A model generated the notes under the pieces. The model saw only the letters and a program-made list of their open reading frames with translations. It had not been told where the DNA came from and did not search any database. Positions 11,795-22,815 of a stretch of 52,611 bases of DNA are shown one piece after another. This DNA comes from Clostridia bacterium. GTDB lineage: Bacteria; Pseudomonadota; Gammaproteobacteria; Burkholderiales; SG8-39. The position numbers were made by a program, and so were the translations under genes. The stretch's first letter is position 1; the number at the start of each line of letters is the position of its first letter. Location: assembly GCA_050261755.1 (NCBI GenBank), contig JBLNDP010000021.1:1-52611 (forward strand), read 5' to 3'.

Positions 11795-12758
11795 TGTTCT
11801 TTCCTTTTTCGAGCGCCCGCACGCGCGCCGCGAGCTCGGCGAGGTGCCGCACCTGGGCGGTGTTGCGCGTCCAGGACTCGTGGCGGTCGGCGGGGAACAT
11901 GCCGGTGTACGTGCCCGGCTCGAGGATCGAGCGCGAGATCACCGTGTCGGCCGAGACGTGCACGTGGTCGACGATCTTGAGGTGGCCGAGGACGAGCGAG
12001 GCCGCGCCGATGGTGCAGTGCCGGCCGATGTCCGCGCTGCCGGCGACGGCGACGCACCCCGCCATGGCGGTATGGGCGCCGACGCGGCAGTTGTGGCCGA
12101 TCTGGATCTGGTTGTCGAGCTTCACGCCCTCCTCGATCACGGTGTCGTCGATGGCGCCGCGGTCGATGGTCGTGTTCGCGCCGACCTCGACGTCGTCCCC
12201 GATGAGGACGCGGCCGATCTGCGGGATCTTCACCCACCGGCCTGCGTCCTCGGCGATGCCGAAGCCGTCCGCGCCGATCACCGCGCCCGCGTGCAGGATG
12301 ACGCGCTTGCCGATCTCGCAGCGCGGATAAACGACGACGTTCGGGTAGAGGCAGCTGTCGTCGCCGATGACGACGCCCTCGCCGACGACGCATTGCGCGC
12401 CGACGGAAACGCGCGCTCCGAGGCGCGCGGTCTTCGCCACCACGGCGCTCTCGTGCACGCCCGGCGGCTGCAGAGTCGCCGGGTTGAAGAGCTGCGAGAC
12501 GCGCGCGAAGTAGGCGTACGGATTGGCGCAAACGATGCGCGGCAGGTCCGTCAGGCCCTGGTTTTCTTCCGAAAGGATGACCGCGGAAGCGCGCGTCGCG
12601 GCGAGCTCGGACTTGTGCTTCAGGCTGGAAAGGAACGCGATCTGGCCGGCGGCTGCGTTTCTTAGGGAGCCGACCTGGCGCACCTCGGTCTTGGCGTCGC
12701 CGGCGACGCGCCCGCCCAGGCGCGCGGCGATGTCCCCGAGGGTCAAGGGGCCGGCCAT
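11787..12758 (-). CDS. lpxD: UDP-3-O-(3-hydroxyacyl)glucosamine N-acyltransferase
   Basis: 323-aa ORF, MAGPLTLGDIAARLGGRV..., with hexapeptide repeats. It overlaps the fabZ start by 8 nt. Confidence 0.93.
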   Translation of the reverse strand: MAGPLTLGDIAARLGGRVAGDAKTEVRQVGSLRNAAAGQIAFLSSLKHKSELAATRASAVILSEENQGLTDLPRIVCANPYAYFARVSQLFNPATLQPPGVHESAVVAKTARLGARVSVGAQCVVGEGVVIGDDSCLYPNVVVYPRCEIGKRVILHAGAVIGADGFGIAEDAGRWVKIPQIGRVLIGDDVEVGANTTIDRGAIDDTVIEEGVKLDNQIQIGHNCRVGAHTAMAGCVAVAGSADIGRHCTIGAASLVLGHLKIVDHVHVSADTVISRSILEPGTYTGMFPADRHESWTRNTAQVRHLAELAARVRALEKGKNNG

Positions 12759-12773
12759 GGCTTCACGCCGGCG

Positions 12774-13316
12774 TCACTTCGCCGGCGGCTTGCCCGATTC
12801 CAGCGCCTTGATCACCTTGTCGGTGATGTCGATCCGCGGGCTGAAATAGACCACGTCCTGCACGACCAGGTCGTACTTCTCCTGCTCGGCGATCTGGCGG
12901 ATCACGCGGTTCGCCTGCTCGACGACCTGCGCCAGCTCCTCGTTGCGCCGCTGGTTCAGGTCCTCGCGGAACTCGCGCTGCTTGCGCTGGAAGTCGCGGT
13001 TCAGGTCGCCGAACTCGCGCTCCTTGTTGCGCCGCTGCGTCTCGCTCATGGTGACCGAGTTCTTGTCGAGCTCGTCCTGGAGCTTCTTCAGCTGGTCGGC
13101 CGTGCGCGCGAGCTCGTCGTCGCGCTTCTTGAACTCCGCCTCGATCTTGCGCTGGGCGCGGACCGCGGGCGTCGCGTCGCGGAGGATGCGCTCGGTATTG
13201 ACGAAACCGATCTTGAGCGAAGGCGCGGCCGCGGCGGCCGTCTGCGCAGCGGCGGGGTACGACGCGGCAAGGCCGGCAGCCAGCAGCGTGGCGGCAAAAA
13301 ATCTTCGTGAAATCAT
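12774..13316 (-). CDS. skp: periplasmic chaperone Skp (OmpH family)
   Basis: 180-aa ORF with a signal peptide (LLAAGLAASYPAAAQ) and a coiled-coil K/E/R/Q-rich body. It lies between bamA and lpxD. Confidence 0.87.
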   Translation of the reverse strand: MISRRFFAATLLAAGLAASYPAAAQTAAAAAPSLKIGFVNTERILRDATPAVRAQRKIEAEFKKRDDELARTADQLKKLQDELDKNSVTMSETQRRNKEREFGDLNRDFQRKQREFREDLNQRRNEELAQVVEQANRVIRQIAEQEKYDLVVQDVVYFSPRIDITDKVIKALESGKPPAK

Positions 13317-13331
13317 TGTCTTGAACCCACC

Positions 13332-15611
13332 CTAGAAGACGGTGCCGAAGGTGAATTGTAACCTCTGGACGTCGTCGCCTTCGCGCTTGTGGACCGGGAA
13401 GCCGAAAGACAGCCGCAACGGTCCGAAAGGCGAGCTCCAGCTCAGCCCGACGCCCGTCGAGTAGCGCAGGTCCGACAGCTGGATCTTGCCGTCGTAGACC
13501 TGGCCGGCGTCGAGGAATGCCGCCAGGCGCAAGGACGGTTCCTTGTCGGCGCCCGGCACCGGAAAGAGGAATTCCGCGGATCCGACGACCTTGCGGTTGC
13601 CGCCGAGGGCGAGGTTGTTCGGGTCGCGCGGGCCGAGCGAGAAGGCGCGGTAGCCGCGCACCGAGTCCGGGCCGCCGGCGTAGTAGTTCTTGAAGAACGG
13701 CAGCGGCCGGCCCGAAAGCCCCCCGGCATAGCCCAGCTCGCCGCGCAGCGAAAACGCGTATTCGCGCGAGAGGGGGAACAGCGTCTGGTGCTGGAACGTC
13801 GTGCGATAGAACTGAAGGTTGCCTTGCGCGACCTCGCCGCTCACGCGGGTGATGGAGCCGTCCGTGGGGCGGATCGCGCTGTCCCGCGTGTCGCGTCCCC
13901 AGCCGGCGCTGAAGGTGGCATACGAATAGTCGTTGCCGAACTGGTTGACGAAGTTGATGTACTGCGTCGGGCTGGTGTCGAAAGTGGTGAGCTTCGTGCT
14001 CTCCAGCGCAAGCCCGAAGTTCACGCCGATGGTCTCGCTGATCGGGTAGCCGAACTTGACGCCGCCGCCCACCGAATCCGTGGCGTAGGGGCCGATCGCG
14101 AGCAGGCTCGCGTCGGTCTTGCGCTTGTAGACGTCGAACCCCTGGCTCACGCCGTCGACCGTGAAGTACGGGTCGAGGTACGAGAGCGAATAGACCTTGT
14201 TGATCGAGCCCGAGCTCACGTTCGCCGACACGAACTTGCCCGTGCCGAAGACGTTGCTCTGGCTGATCGAGGCCTGGAGGATCAGCTTTTCCACCGTGGA
14301 GAAGCCGGCGCCGAGGAGCAGCGCGCCCGTGGGCTTCTCCTTCACCGCATAGTTGACGTCCACCTGGTCGGGGCTGCCCTCGACGGGCTGCGTCTCCACG
14401 TCCACCGCGTCGAAGTACTGCGTGCGGTCGATGCGGCGCTTCGAGAGCTGGATGCGCGAAGCGTCGTAGAACGCGCCCTCCAGCTGGCGCAGCTCCCGCC
14501 GCACCACCTCGTCGCGCGTCTTGTTGTTGCCCACGACGTTGATCCGCCGCACGTACACCCGCCGGCCGGGGTCGACGACGATGGTGAAGGCGACGGTGTG
14601 CTTTTCCTTGTCGACGTCCGGCACCGCGTTGGCGTTGGCGAACGCATAGCCGTCGTTCCCCAGCCGGTCGCTGATCGCCTTCGTGCTCTTCGCGAGCTTC
14701 TCGCGGGAGAAGACGTCCCCGGGCTTCAGCTGGATGAGCTTCTCGAGCTCTTCCTTCGGCACGAGCATCTGGCCGCCGAGGTCGATGCTCGAGACCGTGT
14801 ACTTCTCGCCTTCGCTGATGTTGATGGTGAGGTAGATGTCCTGCCGGTCGGGCGTGATGGAGACCTGCGTGGACTCGATGTTGAAGTCCAGGTAGCCCCG
14901 GTTCTGGTAGAAGGAGCGCAGCGTCTCCAGGTCGGCGGAGAGCTTGTCCCGGGCGTAGCGGTCGTGCTTGGTGTACCAGGTCAGCCACCCCGGCGTGCGG
15001 AGCGTCATCTGGTTCACCAGCTCCTTCTCGGTGAACGCCTGCGTGCCGACGATGTTGATGCCGCGGATCTTGGCGACCTCGCCTTCGGTGATGGCGATGT
15101 TCAGCCCGACGCGATTGCGCTCCAGGGGCGTGACCGTGGTCTGCACGTCGGTGGCATACATGCCCCGCGTCAGGTACTGGCGCTTGATCTCCTGGCTTGC
15201 AGTCTCGAGGAGCGAGCGGTCGAAGATCCGTCCCTCTGCGAGGCCCATCTCGCGCAGCGCCTTGGTCAGCACCTCGTTGGCGAACTCCTTGTTCCCCGAG
15301 AGGTCGATCTGCGCGATCGCCGGCCGCTCCTGGACGATGACGACCAGGACGTCCTTGTCGACCTCGAGCCGCACGTCCTGGAAGAAGCCGGTGGCGAAGA
15401 GCGCGCGCAGCGCCTGCTGCGCCTTCTCCTCGTTCATGGTCTCGCCGACCTTCACCGGCAGGTAGCTGAAGACCGTGCCGGCTTCGGTTCGCTGCAGTCC
15501 TTCGACGCGGATGTCGCGGACGGTGAAGGGAGCGAACGACTGCGCCCACGCGGCCGACGCGGCCGCGAGCGCGCACGCAGCCAGTACTGCCGCAACCCCC
15601 CTTCGCATCAT
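13332..15611 (-). CDS. bamA: outer membrane protein assembly factor BamA
   Basis: 759-aa ORF with a signal peptide, POTRA repeats (FTVRDIRVEGLQRT...) and a C-terminal beta-barrel ending ...RLQFTFGTVF (terminal aromatic residue). Confidence 0.96.
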   Translation of the reverse strand: MMRRGVAAVLAACALAAASAAWAQSFAPFTVRDIRVEGLQRTEAGTVFSYLPVKVGETMNEEKAQQALRALFATGFFQDVRLEVDKDVLVVIVQERPAIAQIDLSGNKEFANEVLTKALREMGLAEGRIFDRSLLETASQEIKRQYLTRGMYATDVQTTVTPLERNRVGLNIAITEGEVAKIRGINIVGTQAFTEKELVNQMTLRTPGWLTWYTKHDRYARDKLSADLETLRSFYQNRGYLDFNIESTQVSITPDRQDIYLTINISEGEKYTVSSIDLGGQMLVPKEELEKLIQLKPGDVFSREKLAKSTKAISDRLGNDGYAFANANAVPDVDKEKHTVAFTIVVDPGRRVYVRRINVVGNNKTRDEVVRRELRQLEGAFYDASRIQLSKRRIDRTQYFDAVDVETQPVEGSPDQVDVNYAVKEKPTGALLLGAGFSTVEKLILQASISQSNVFGTGKFVSANVSSGSINKVYSLSYLDPYFTVDGVSQGFDVYKRKTDASLLAIGPYATDSVGGGVKFGYPISETIGVNFGLALESTKLTTFDTSPTQYINFVNQFGNDYSYATFSAGWGRDTRDSAIRPTDGSITRVSGEVAQGNLQFYRTTFQHQTLFPLSREYAFSLRGELGYAGGLSGRPLPFFKNYYAGGPDSVRGYRAFSLGPRDPNNLALGGNRKVVGSAEFLFPVPGADKEPSLRLAAFLDAGQVYDGKIQLSDLRYSTGVGLSWSSPFGPLRLSFGFPVHKREGDDVQRLQFTFGTVF

Positions 15612-15612
15612 T

Positions 15613-16977
15613 TCAGCCGGTCAGAATTCTGTTCAGGTCGTTGTAGAAGGCGAAGGCCATCATTACCAGCAGCAGCGCGAGTCCCACGCGCTGCCCGAGC
15701 TCCATGGCGCGCTCGGACACCGGCCTGCCTTTGATTACTTCGATCGCATAATACATCAGGTGTCCGCCGTCGAGCAGCGGCACCGGGAGAAGGTTGAGCA
15801 CGCCGAGGCTGATGCTGATCAGCGCGAGGAACGTCACGTAAGACATCCAGCCGAGCTGCGCCGACTGGCCGGCGAAATCGGCGATCGTGACGGGGCCGGA
15901 CAGGTGCTTCCAGGAAACCTGCCCGACGATCATCTTGCCGAGCATCTTCAGGCTGAAGACAGAAATGTCCCACGTCTTCTCGACGGCCTTGCCGACGCTC
16001 GCGGCGAACCCGTACTGCACTCGCACGAACATGCGGTCGGTCTCGATGGGCGGCAGGCGAGGCGCCGCGCCGATGCGGCCGATGGAGCCGTTGGGCCCGG
16101 CGACCGCCTCCGGCGTCACCTCGACGGTCATGGACGTCTCGCCGCGCTCGATGGACAGGCGCAGCGGCGCGCCCGGCTTCGCGCGCACCGCATTGACGAG
16201 CGCCTCCCACGTGGCGACTGCGACGCCGTCCGCGCGCACAATGCGGTCGCCTTCCTTCAGCCCTGCCCGTTCGGCTGCGCCGCCCTTGATGAGCCGGCCG
16301 AGCACCGGATCGAGCGGCGGGCGGTAGAGCTTCATGCCGATGCGCTCGAGAAGGTCGCCCTCCACCGCCTCGGCCGGTAAGCCGGAAAGATCCAGCGTGG
16401 CGCTCACATCCTGCCCGCCGCCGCTCGTCGCCTCGAGCGTCACCCGCTCGCGCTGCAAGCCGGCCTGCAGCACGCGCCAGCGCACGTCCTGCCAGGTCGC
16501 CACCGGATCGCGGCCGATCGCGCGGATCGTGTCGCCGCCGCGCAGGCCCGCCGCGGCGGCAAGTGTGCCGGCCGGCGGGTCGGCAAGGACCGGCCGCGCC
16601 TCCGGCATGCCGTGCATGAAAAGCCCGGCGTACACGGCGATGGCAAAAATGAAGTTGAAGACCGGCCCGGCGGCCACGATGAGGAAACGGCGTCCCACGC
16701 TCTTGCGGTTGAAGGCGCGCGGCAGTTCTTCGGGCTCCACCGGCCCCTCGCGCTCGTCCAGCATCTTCACGTAGCCGCCGAAGGGAATCGCGGCGAGGAC
16801 CCATTCCGTGCGATCCGGTCCCAGCCGCTTCATGAGGAGCGGCCGGCCGAAGCCGACGGAAAAGCGCAGCACCTTCACGCCGCAGAGCCGCGCCACGAGG
16901 TAGTGGCCGTACTCATGCACGACGATGAGGATGCCAAGGGCGACGACGAATGCGGCTATGGTGTGGAGCAGGTTCAT
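15613..16977 (-). CDS. rseP: RIP zinc metalloprotease RseP
   Basis: 454-aa ORF with the [10 protein letters not shown] (HExxH) motif near the N-terminus, tandem PDZ regions and the [13 protein letters not shown] motif. Confidence 0.94.
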   Translation of the reverse strand: MNLLHTIAAFVVALGILIVVHEYGHYLVARLCGVKVLRFSVGFGRPLLMKRLGPDRTEWVLAAIPFGGYVKMLDEREGPVEPEELPRAFNRKSVGRRFLIVAAGPVFNFIFAIAVYAGLFMHGMPEARPVLADPPAGTLAAAAGLRGGDTIRAIGRDPVATWQDVRWRVLQAGLQRERVTLEATSGGGQDVSATLDLSGLPAEAVEGDLLERIGMKLYRPPLDPVLGRLIKGGAAERAGLKEGDRIVRADGVAVATWEALVNAVRAKPGAPLRLSIERGETSMTVEVTPEAVAGPNGSIGRIGAAPRLPPIETDRMFVRVQYGFAASVGKAVEKTWDISVFSLKMLGKMIVGQVSWKHLSGPVTIADFAGQSAQLGWMSYVTFLALISISLGVLNLLPVPLLDGGHLMYYAIEVIKGRPVSERAMELGQRVGLALLLVMMAFAFYNDLNRILTG

Positions 16978-18125
16978 GCGGCGGCCTTTTCCATGTGCAG
17001 GAGGGCGGCGCGGCGCGCCTCGCGATCGGCCGCCAGGACGTCTTCCAGCGTCTCGGCGCGCCCGGCGCCGAGCTGCGCGAGCGTGCCTTCGATCACGCGC
17101 GCGATGGAAGTGAACGGCAGCCGGCGCGCGAGGAACGCCTCGACCGCCACTTCGTTGGCTGCGTTGAGGACGGCGGGCGCGCTACCGCCCGCGCGCAGCG
17201 CCGCGTACGCGAGCGGCAGGCACGGGAAGCGCTGCTCGTCCGGCGCCTCGAACGACAGGCTCTTCAGGAGCGCGAGGTCGAGCGGCCGCGCGCCGGACTC
17301 GATCCGCTCGGGGTGCGCGAGCGCATGGGCGATCGGCACGCGCATGTCTGGGTTCGAGAGCTGCGCGAGCACCGAGCCGTCCAGGTACTCCACCAGCGAG
17401 TGGACGATGCTCTGCGGATGCACGACCACCTCGATGCGCTCGGGCTCGACGTCGAAGAGCCAGCGCGCCTCGATCACCTCCAGCCCCTTGTTCATCATCG
17501 TCGCGGAGTCGACCGAGATCTTGCGCCCCATGACCCAGTTGGGATGCGCGCAGGCCTCGTCGGGCGTCACCGCGCGCAGCTTGTCGCTGGAAACTCCGCG
17601 GAAAGGGCCGCCCGAGGCCGTCAACAGGATGCGGCGCACGAAGCGAGTGTCGGAAAGGCACTGGAAGACGGCGTTGTGCTCGCTGTCGACCGGCAGGACT
17701 TGCGCCCCGCCCGCCCGCGCCGCGCCGACGAACACGGGCCCGGCCATCACGAGCGCTTCCTTGTTCGCGAGGAGGATCTTCTTGCCGGCGCGCGCCGCCG
17801 CGAGCGCGGGGCGCAGGCCGGCAGCACCGACGATCGCCGCCATGACGGCGTGGCAATCCGGATGCGCGGCGACTTCCTCCAACGCCGCGGCGCCGAAGAG
17901 CAGCTCCGTTCCCGCCTCGGCGAACGTCTTCTTCAACGCCCTGCTTTCCTCGACGCCTGCCAGAACGGCGTAGCGCGGCCGGTGCGCGACGCACGCGGCC
18001 AGCAGCGGCTCGGCGGCGGAATGCGCCGTCAGGGCGAAGGCGCGGAAGCGGCCCGGATGGCGGGCCAGCACATCAAGCGTGCTTGCGCCGATGGAGCCGG
18101 TGGCGCCCAGGATCGTGACGTTCAT
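16974..18125 (-). CDS. dxr: 1-deoxy-D-xylulose 5-phosphate reductoisomerase
   Basis: This is the C-terminal 383 aa of track ORF 16974..18794, starting [19 protein letters not shown] (NADPH-binding motif). ATG 18125 overlaps the cdsA stop (ATGA). The upstream part of the track ORF is Arg/Gly-rich out-of-frame read-through of cdsA. Confidence 0.95.
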   Translation of the reverse strand: MNVTILGATGSIGASTLDVLARHPGRFRAFALTAHSAAEPLLAACVAHRPRYAVLAGVEESRALKKTFAEAGTELLFGAAALEEVAAHPDCHAVMAAIVGAAGLRPALAAARAGKKILLANKEALVMAGPVFVGAARAGGAQVLPVDSEHNAVFQCLSDTRFVRRILLTASGGPFRGVSSDKLRAVTPDEACAHPNWVMGRKISVDSATMMNKGLEVIEARWLFDVEPERIEVVVHPQSIVHSLVEYLDGSVLAQLSNPDMRVPIAHALAHPERIESGARPLDLALLKSLSFEAPDEQRFPCLPLAYAALRAGGSAPAVLNAANEVAVEAFLARRLPFTSIARVIEGTLAQLGAGRAETLEDVLAADREARRAALLHMEKAAA

Positions 18126-18919
18126 GGCTGCAGCGTCGTGAGGGGCCAGAGGACCGCGCAGAGCGGCAAGACGGCCGTGGCGCTGTCGATGCGGTCCAGG
18201 AGGCCGCCGTGGCCCGGCAGGAGCGTGCCGCTGTCCTTCACCGAGGCTTGCCTCTTGGCGGCCGATTCGAACAGGTCGCCGCCGATGCTCGCTGCGCACA
18301 GAACGAGGATTGCGGCCGCATAGATGCCCCAGGCGCCTCCGGAAATTCCCGCCTTGAGCTGCGGGACGAAGCCTGCGCAGATGATAGCGTAGGCCGCCGT
18401 CCCGGCGAGCGCGCCGGCGGCGCCTTCCCACGTCTTTCCGGGGCTGATGGTGGGCGCGAGCTTGTGGCGGCCGAAGCGGCGGCCGACGAAATACGCCGCC
18501 GTGTCGGCGACCCACGTGAGACCGAGGGAAAGGAGCACCTGCAGCGGCGAAAGGACCGTCATCGCCACGCCCGCCGGCACGAGAACGGCGAGGCCGCCCG
18601 CGGCCAGCAGCGGCGCATGCGAAGGCCGCACGCCGCGCCACAGCCAGAGCGGCGCAACGGCGATCCAGAAGGCGGCGCCGACGACGAGCGCGGCCTTGGC
18701 CGAGCCGGTCCACGAAAGGGCCGCGACGCAAGCACCGGCGAGCACCGCGTAGGCGAGGCCTGCGCCGCGCGGCAGCTTGCACAGCCCCGCCCACTCGTGC
18801 GCCGCGAGGCCGACGATGAGCGCCACGAGGCCGGCAAGCCAGGCGGCGGGGAGGAGGAACAGCGCGGCGAGGAGTCCGGCGATCAGGACAGCCGCGGTGA
18901 GGACGCGGGCCGCGAGCAC
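18122..18919 (-). CDS. cdsA: phosphatidate cytidylyltransferase
   Basis: Track ORF 18122..19153. The polytopic membrane protein carries the C-terminal signature [31 protein letters not shown] 18919 lies 7 nt after the uppS stop and follows AAGGG, giving 265 aa. Confidence 0.87.
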   Translation of the reverse strand: MLAARVLTAAVLIAGLLAALFLLPAAWLAGLVALIVGLAAHEWAGLCKLPRGAGLAYAVLAGACVAALSWTGSAKAALVVGAAFWIAVAPLWLWRGVRPSHAPLLAAGGLAVLVPAGVAMTVLSPLQVLLSLGLTWVADTAAYFVGRRFGRHKLAPTISPGKTWEGAAGALAGTAAYAIICAGFVPQLKAGISGGAWGIYAAAILVLCAASIGGDLFESAAKRQASVKDSGTLLPGHGGLLDRIDSATAVLPLCAVLWPLTTLQP

Positions 18920-18926
18920 GCGCCCT

Positions 18927-19697
18927 TCAGGCGACCTCGGCCCGCTTCGCTTGCTCGACCTGCTCGCTCGTGCGCCCGAAGCGGCGCTCGCGGCTGCGGT
19001 AGGAGGCAATCGCCTCGTCGAGCGCCGCGGCGTCGAAGTCGGGCCAGAGCGTTTCGGTGAAGTAGAGCTCCGCGTACGCGAGCTGCCAGAGCAGGAAGTT
19101 GCTGATGCGCTGCTCGCCGCCGGTACGGATGAAAAGGTCGGGCTCGGGCGCATACGCCATGGCGAGGTACGGCGTGAGATTCTTTTCCTCGATCTTTTCC
19201 GCTGAAGGGTTCTCGCGCAGGAACCGGTTGAAGGCCTGCAGGATGTCCCAGCGGCCGCCGTAGTTGGCGGCGATCGTCAGCGTGAGCGCCTTGTTGCCGG
19301 CGGTGAGGTTCTCCGCCTGCTGGATGGAATGGCGGATCTTGCCGTCGAAGCGCTCCAGGTCGCCGACCACCTTGAGCCGCACGCCGTTGGCGTGCAGCTT
19401 CTCCACCTCGTTCACCAGCGCGCCCTGGAAAAGCTGCATGAGGAGCGACACCTCCTCCGCCGGCCGGCGCCAGTTCTCCGAGCTGAAGGCGAACAGCGTC
19501 AGGAACTCCACGCCGCGCTCGCCGCACGCCCTGACCGCCGCCCGCACGGCCTCGACGCCGCGCTTGTGGCCGGCGAAGCGCGGCAGGTGGCGGCGCTTCG
19601 CCCAGCGCCCGTTGCCGTCCATGATGACGGCAATGTGGCGCGGCACGTCGCCGTGCGGCGGGATCTCCTCGGTCGAGCTCGCCGGCGCCGCGCTCAT
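18927..19697 (-). CDS. uppS: di-trans,poly-cis-undecaprenyl-diphosphate synthase
   Basis: 256-aa ORF with [24 protein letters not shown] and ...RERRFG motifs. Confidence 0.95.
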   Translation of the reverse strand: MSAAPASSTEEIPPHGDVPRHIAVIMDGNGRWAKRRHLPRFAGHKRGVEAVRAAVRACGERGVEFLTLFAFSSENWRRPAEEVSLLMQLFQGALVNEVEKLHANGVRLKVVGDLERFDGKIRHSIQQAENLTAGNKALTLTIAANYGGRWDILQAFNRFLRENPSAEKIEEKNLTPYLAMAYAPEPDLFIRTGGEQRISNFLLWQLAYAELYFTETLWPDFDAAALDEAIASYRSRERRFGRTSEQVEQAKRAEVA

Positions 19698-20254
19698 ATC
19701 GCCATCAGCTCCTTTTCCTTCTCCTGGAGCAGCTTGTCGATTTCCCCGATGTGCTTGTCGGTGAGCTTCTGCACGTCGTCCTGCGCGCGCCGCTCGTCGT
19801 TTTCCGAGACCTCGTGCTTCTTGAGCGCGTCCTTCAGATGCTGGATGGCGTCGCGGCGCTGGTTGCGGATGGCGACCCGCGCGTTCTCGGCTTCGTGCTT
19901 CACCACCTTGGTGAGCTCGCGGCGGCGCTCTTCCGTGAGCGCGGGCATGGGCAGCCGGATGGTGTCGCCGCTCGTCGTCGGATTCAACCCGAGGTCGGAC
20001 TCGCGGATCGACTTCTCGATGGTCGTGATCAGCTTCTTCTCGAACGGCGTGACCGCGATCGTGCGCGAATCGAGCAGCGTGACCTTCGCGACCTGGTTGA
20101 GCGGCGTCGGCGTGCCGTAGTAGTCCACTCTGACGTGGTCGAGCAGGCCGGTATGCGCGCGGCCGGTGCGCACCTTGGCGAGGTCGTTCTTGAACGCCTC
20201 GATGCTCTTGCCCATCTTCTGCTCGGTGGTTTTCTTAAGGTCGGCGATATTCAC
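19694..20254 (-). CDS. frr: ribosome recycling factor
   Basis: Track ORF 19694..20332. GTG 20254 is preceded by GAAGGAGG and gives a 186-aa protein, [33 protein letters not shown].... Its stop overlaps the uppS ATG (ATGA). Confidence 0.95.
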   Translation of the reverse strand: MNIADLKKTTEQKMGKSIEAFKNDLAKVRTGRAHTGLLDHVRVDYYGTPTPLNQVAKVTLLDSRTIAVTPFEKKLITTIEKSIRESDLGLNPTTSGDTIRLPMPALTEERRRELTKVVKHEAENARVAIRNQRRDAIQHLKDALKKHEVSENDERRAQDDVQKLTDKHIGEIDKLLQEKEKELMAI

Positions 20255-20276
20255 GAGCGCCCTCCTTCGCTCAGGA

Positions 20277-20990
20277 TCATACGTGAACCAGCGTGCCCTC
20301 GTCCTCGCCGGTGACGACCCGGCGCAGGGCATCCTTCTTGAAGATGCTGAAGACGTTGATCGGGAGCTTCTGGTCGCGGCAGAGCGTGAGCGCCGTGGCG
20401 TCCATGACCTGCAGGTTGCGGACGATCGCCTCGTCGAAGCTCACGCGGCTGTAGCGCTGCGCGCGGGGGTCCTTCTTGGGATCCGCCGTGTAGACGCCGT
20501 CGACCTTGGTCGCCTTCAGCACGATCTCCGCGCCCATCTCGCTGCCCCGCAGCGCCGCCGCAGTGTCGGTAGTGAAGAACGGGTTGCCCGTTCCCGCCGC
20601 GAAGATGACGATCTTGCCTTCCTCGAGGTAGCGGATGGCCTTGCCGCGGATGTAGGGCTCCACGACCTGCTCGATGTTGAGCGCCGAAAGCGCGCGGCTG
20701 GCGAGCCCTGCGTGCCGCATGGCGTCCTGCAGCGCGAGCGCGTTCATCACCGTCGCAAGCATTCCCATGTAGTCGGCGGTGGCCCGGTCCATGCCCGCGG
20801 CGCCCGGCGCGACGCCGCGGAAGATGTTGCCGCCGCCGATGACTACCCCGATCTCCACGCCCATGCGCGAGACCTGGGCGATCTCGCCGACGATCGATTC
20901 GATCGTCTGGCGGTTGATGCCAAAAGAATCCTCGCCCATCAGGGCTTCGCCCGACAGCTTGAGGAGGATCCTTTTGTACTTGGGCGTCAA
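20277..20990 (-). CDS. pyrH: UMP kinase
   Basis: 237-aa ORF, (TTG)[18 protein letters not shown]...GGGNIFRG. The start codon at 20990 is TTG, 10 nt after the tsf stop. Confidence 0.94.
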   Translation of the reverse strand: MTPKYKRILLKLSGEALMGEDSFGINRQTIESIVGEIAQVSRMGVEIGVVIGGGNIFRGVAPGAAGMDRATADYMGMLATVMNALALQDAMRHAGLASRALSALNIEQVVEPYIRGKAIRYLEEGKIVIFAAGTGNPFFTTDTAAALRGSEMGAEIVLKATKVDGVYTADPKKDPRAQRYSRVSFDEAIVRNLQVMDATALTLCRDQKLPINVFSIFKKDALRRVVTGEDEGTLVHV

Positions 20991-21000
20991 AGGCTCGCGC

Positions 21001-21849
21001 TCAGTGCGCTTTCCCGGCCTGGGCCATCACTTCGGCGGCGAAGTCGTCGGAGCGCTTCTCCAGCCCCTCGCCCACGACGAAGAAGGCGTAGGCGTTCACC
21101 TTCGCGTTCTTGGCCTTGAGCACCTTCTCGACCGTCTGCTTGTCGTCCTTCACGAACGGCTGGCCGAGGAGCGTGATCTCGCCCACGAACTTGTTGAGCG
21201 AGCCCTCGACCATCTTCGTGACGATCTCCGCAGGCTTGCCGGACTCCTTCGCCCGGGCTTCCTGAATCTTCCTTTCCGAGTCCAGGACATCGGAAGGAAC
21301 TTCCGCTTTCGCCATGTACTTCGGCTTGGCGAAGGCGATGTGCATGCCGAGGTCCTTTCCGACCTCCTCGGGGCCCTCGTAGTCCACCAGCACGCCGATC
21401 TTGGCGCCGTGCAGGTACAGGGCGAGCTTGCCCTTGGCCTGAAGGCGCTTGAAGCGTCGAATGGAGATGTTCTCGCCGATCTTCTGCACGAGCGCCTGCC
21501 GCTTCTCCTCGATCTTCGGGTCCGAGAGATCCGAGCCCGAGGCGGCCTGCTCGGCGAGCGACCTGGCGAAGGCCACGAACTCGTCGTTCTTCGCCACGAA
21601 ATCGGTCTCGCTGTTGAGCTCGACCAGCGCCCCCGATTTCTGATCCGGAGAAACAAAGGCCCCGATGACGCCTTCGGCGGCGATGCGGCCGGCGGCCTTG
21701 CTCGCCTTGGCGCCGCTCTTGATGCGCAGCAGCTCCTCGGCCTTCTTCAGGTCGCCGCCCGCCTCGGCGAGCGCCTTCTTGCATTCCATCATCCCGAGGC
21801 CGGTGAGCTCGCGAAGCTCCTTCACCAGCCCTGCACTGATCTCTGCCAT
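21001..21849 (-). CDS. tsf: translation elongation factor Ts
   Basis: 282-aa [52 protein letters not shown] lies upstream of the ATG. Confidence 0.96.
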   Translation of the reverse strand: MAEISAGLVKELRELTGLGMMECKKALAEAGGDLKKAEELLRIKSGAKASKAAGRIAAEGVIGAFVSPDQKSGALVELNSETDFVAKNDEFVAFARSLAEQAASGSDLSDPKIEEKRQALVQKIGENISIRRFKRLQAKGKLALYLHGAKIGVLVDYEGPEEVGKDLGMHIAFAKPKYMAKAEVPSDVLDSERKIQEARAKESGKPAEIVTKMVEGSLNKFVGEITLLGQPFVKDDKQTVEKVLKAKNAKVNAYAFFVVGEGLEKRSDDFAAEVMAQAGKAH

Positions 21850-21873
21850 GCTCCTTCGACTCCTTGCAGTTTT

Positions 21874-21901
21874 AAAAAAAAGGGGCGCTAGGCCCCTTTT
21901 T
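21874..21901 (-). terminator. intrinsic terminator/attenuator hairpin in the rpsB-tsf spacer
   Basis: Minus-strand RNA reads AAAAAGGGGC-CUAGC-GCCCCUUUUUUUU (stem 21881-21897). It lies 20 nt after the rpsB stop and about 25 nt before the tsf SD. Confidence 0.8.
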
Positions 21902-21921
21902 GTTGAATGGGGTCAAAAAGC

Positions 21922-22671
21922 CTACTTTCCGCCCTCTTCCTCTTCCACCTCGACGAACTCGTCGCGCGAGGCGGCAACCACCTCCTCCACGGACTGCGTG
22001 CGTCCCTCGAGGACCGCGTCGGCGATGCCGCGCGCGTACAGGCGGATGGCGCGGCTCGAGTCGTCGTTGCCGGGGATGACGTAGTCGATGCCCTCGGGCG
22101 AGTGGTTGGTGTCGACGACGCCCATCACCGGGATGCCGAGCTTGTTGGCTTCCTGCACGGCGCCCTTCTGGTAGCCGACGTCGATGATGAAGAGCGCGTC
22201 GGGCAGGCCGGAGAGCTCCTTGATGCCGCCGAGCGAGCGCTGCAGCTTCTCCATCTCGCGCGTGAGGCCGAGCGCCTCCTTCTTGGACATGCGCTCGAGG
22301 GTGCCGTCCTGCTGCATCTGCTCCATTTCCTTCAGGCGCTTGATCGACTGCTTCACCGTCTTGAAGTTGGTGAGCATGCCGCCGAGCCAGCGGTAGTCGA
22401 CGAACGGCATCATGCAGCGCTGCGCTTCCTCGCGCACGATGTCGCGCGCCTGTCGCTTGGTGCCGACGAAGAGCAGGCTGCCGCGGTTGGCGGCGAGCTG
22501 GCGCGCGAACTTCGTCGCTTCCTGGTACATCGAAAGCGTGCGCTCCAGGTTGATGATGTGGATCTTGTTGCGGTGGCCGAAGATGAACGGCGCCATCTTC
22601 GGGTTCCAGTAGCGGGTCTGGTGGCCGAAATGGACCCCCGCTTCCAGCATTTGACGCATGGTGACCGACAC
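21922..22671 (-). CDS. rpsB: 30S ribosomal protein S2
   Basis: This is the C-terminal 249 aa of track ORF 21922..23862. GTG 22671 lies 6 nt after AAGGAG and gives [26 protein letters not shown].... The rest of the track ORF is antisense to map. Confidence 0.96.
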   Translation of the reverse strand: MSVTMRQMLEAGVHFGHQTRYWNPKMAPFIFGHRNKIHIINLERTLSMYQEATKFARQLAANRGSLLFVGTKRQARDIVREEAQRCMMPFVDYRWLGGMLTNFKTVKQSIKRLKEMEQMQQDGTLERMSKKEALGLTREMEKLQRSLGGIKELSGLPDALFIIDVGYQKGAVQEANKLGIPVMGVVDTNHSPEGIDYVIPGNDDSSRAIRLYARGIADAVLEGRTQSVEEVVAASRDEFVEVEEEEGGK

Positions 22672-22815
22672 TAAAATCTCCTTAGGGTTAGCGTCTGCCG
22701 CAGCGCCCAAGAACCCCGACATGTTCCAAACTACGGGGCACCCTAAAAGGCCTGCGGGAAATTTGACCTTGCAAAGCGCAAAGTCAGCCCAAAATTCTAG
22801 CATAATCAGAGACAA

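Noticed and set aside
12763-15576. A 937-aa minus-strand ORF overlapping skp and bamA in another frame. Similar out-of-frame ORFs lie over ppsA (4706..6247), pnp (42763..44931, 42894..45089), tsf, galU and ligA.
   Set aside because: In every case the alternative frame encodes a textbook protein (BamA, PpsA, PNPase and so on). The overlapping ORFs are Arg/Pro/Gly-rich with no motifs, which marks them as high-GC frame artefacts.
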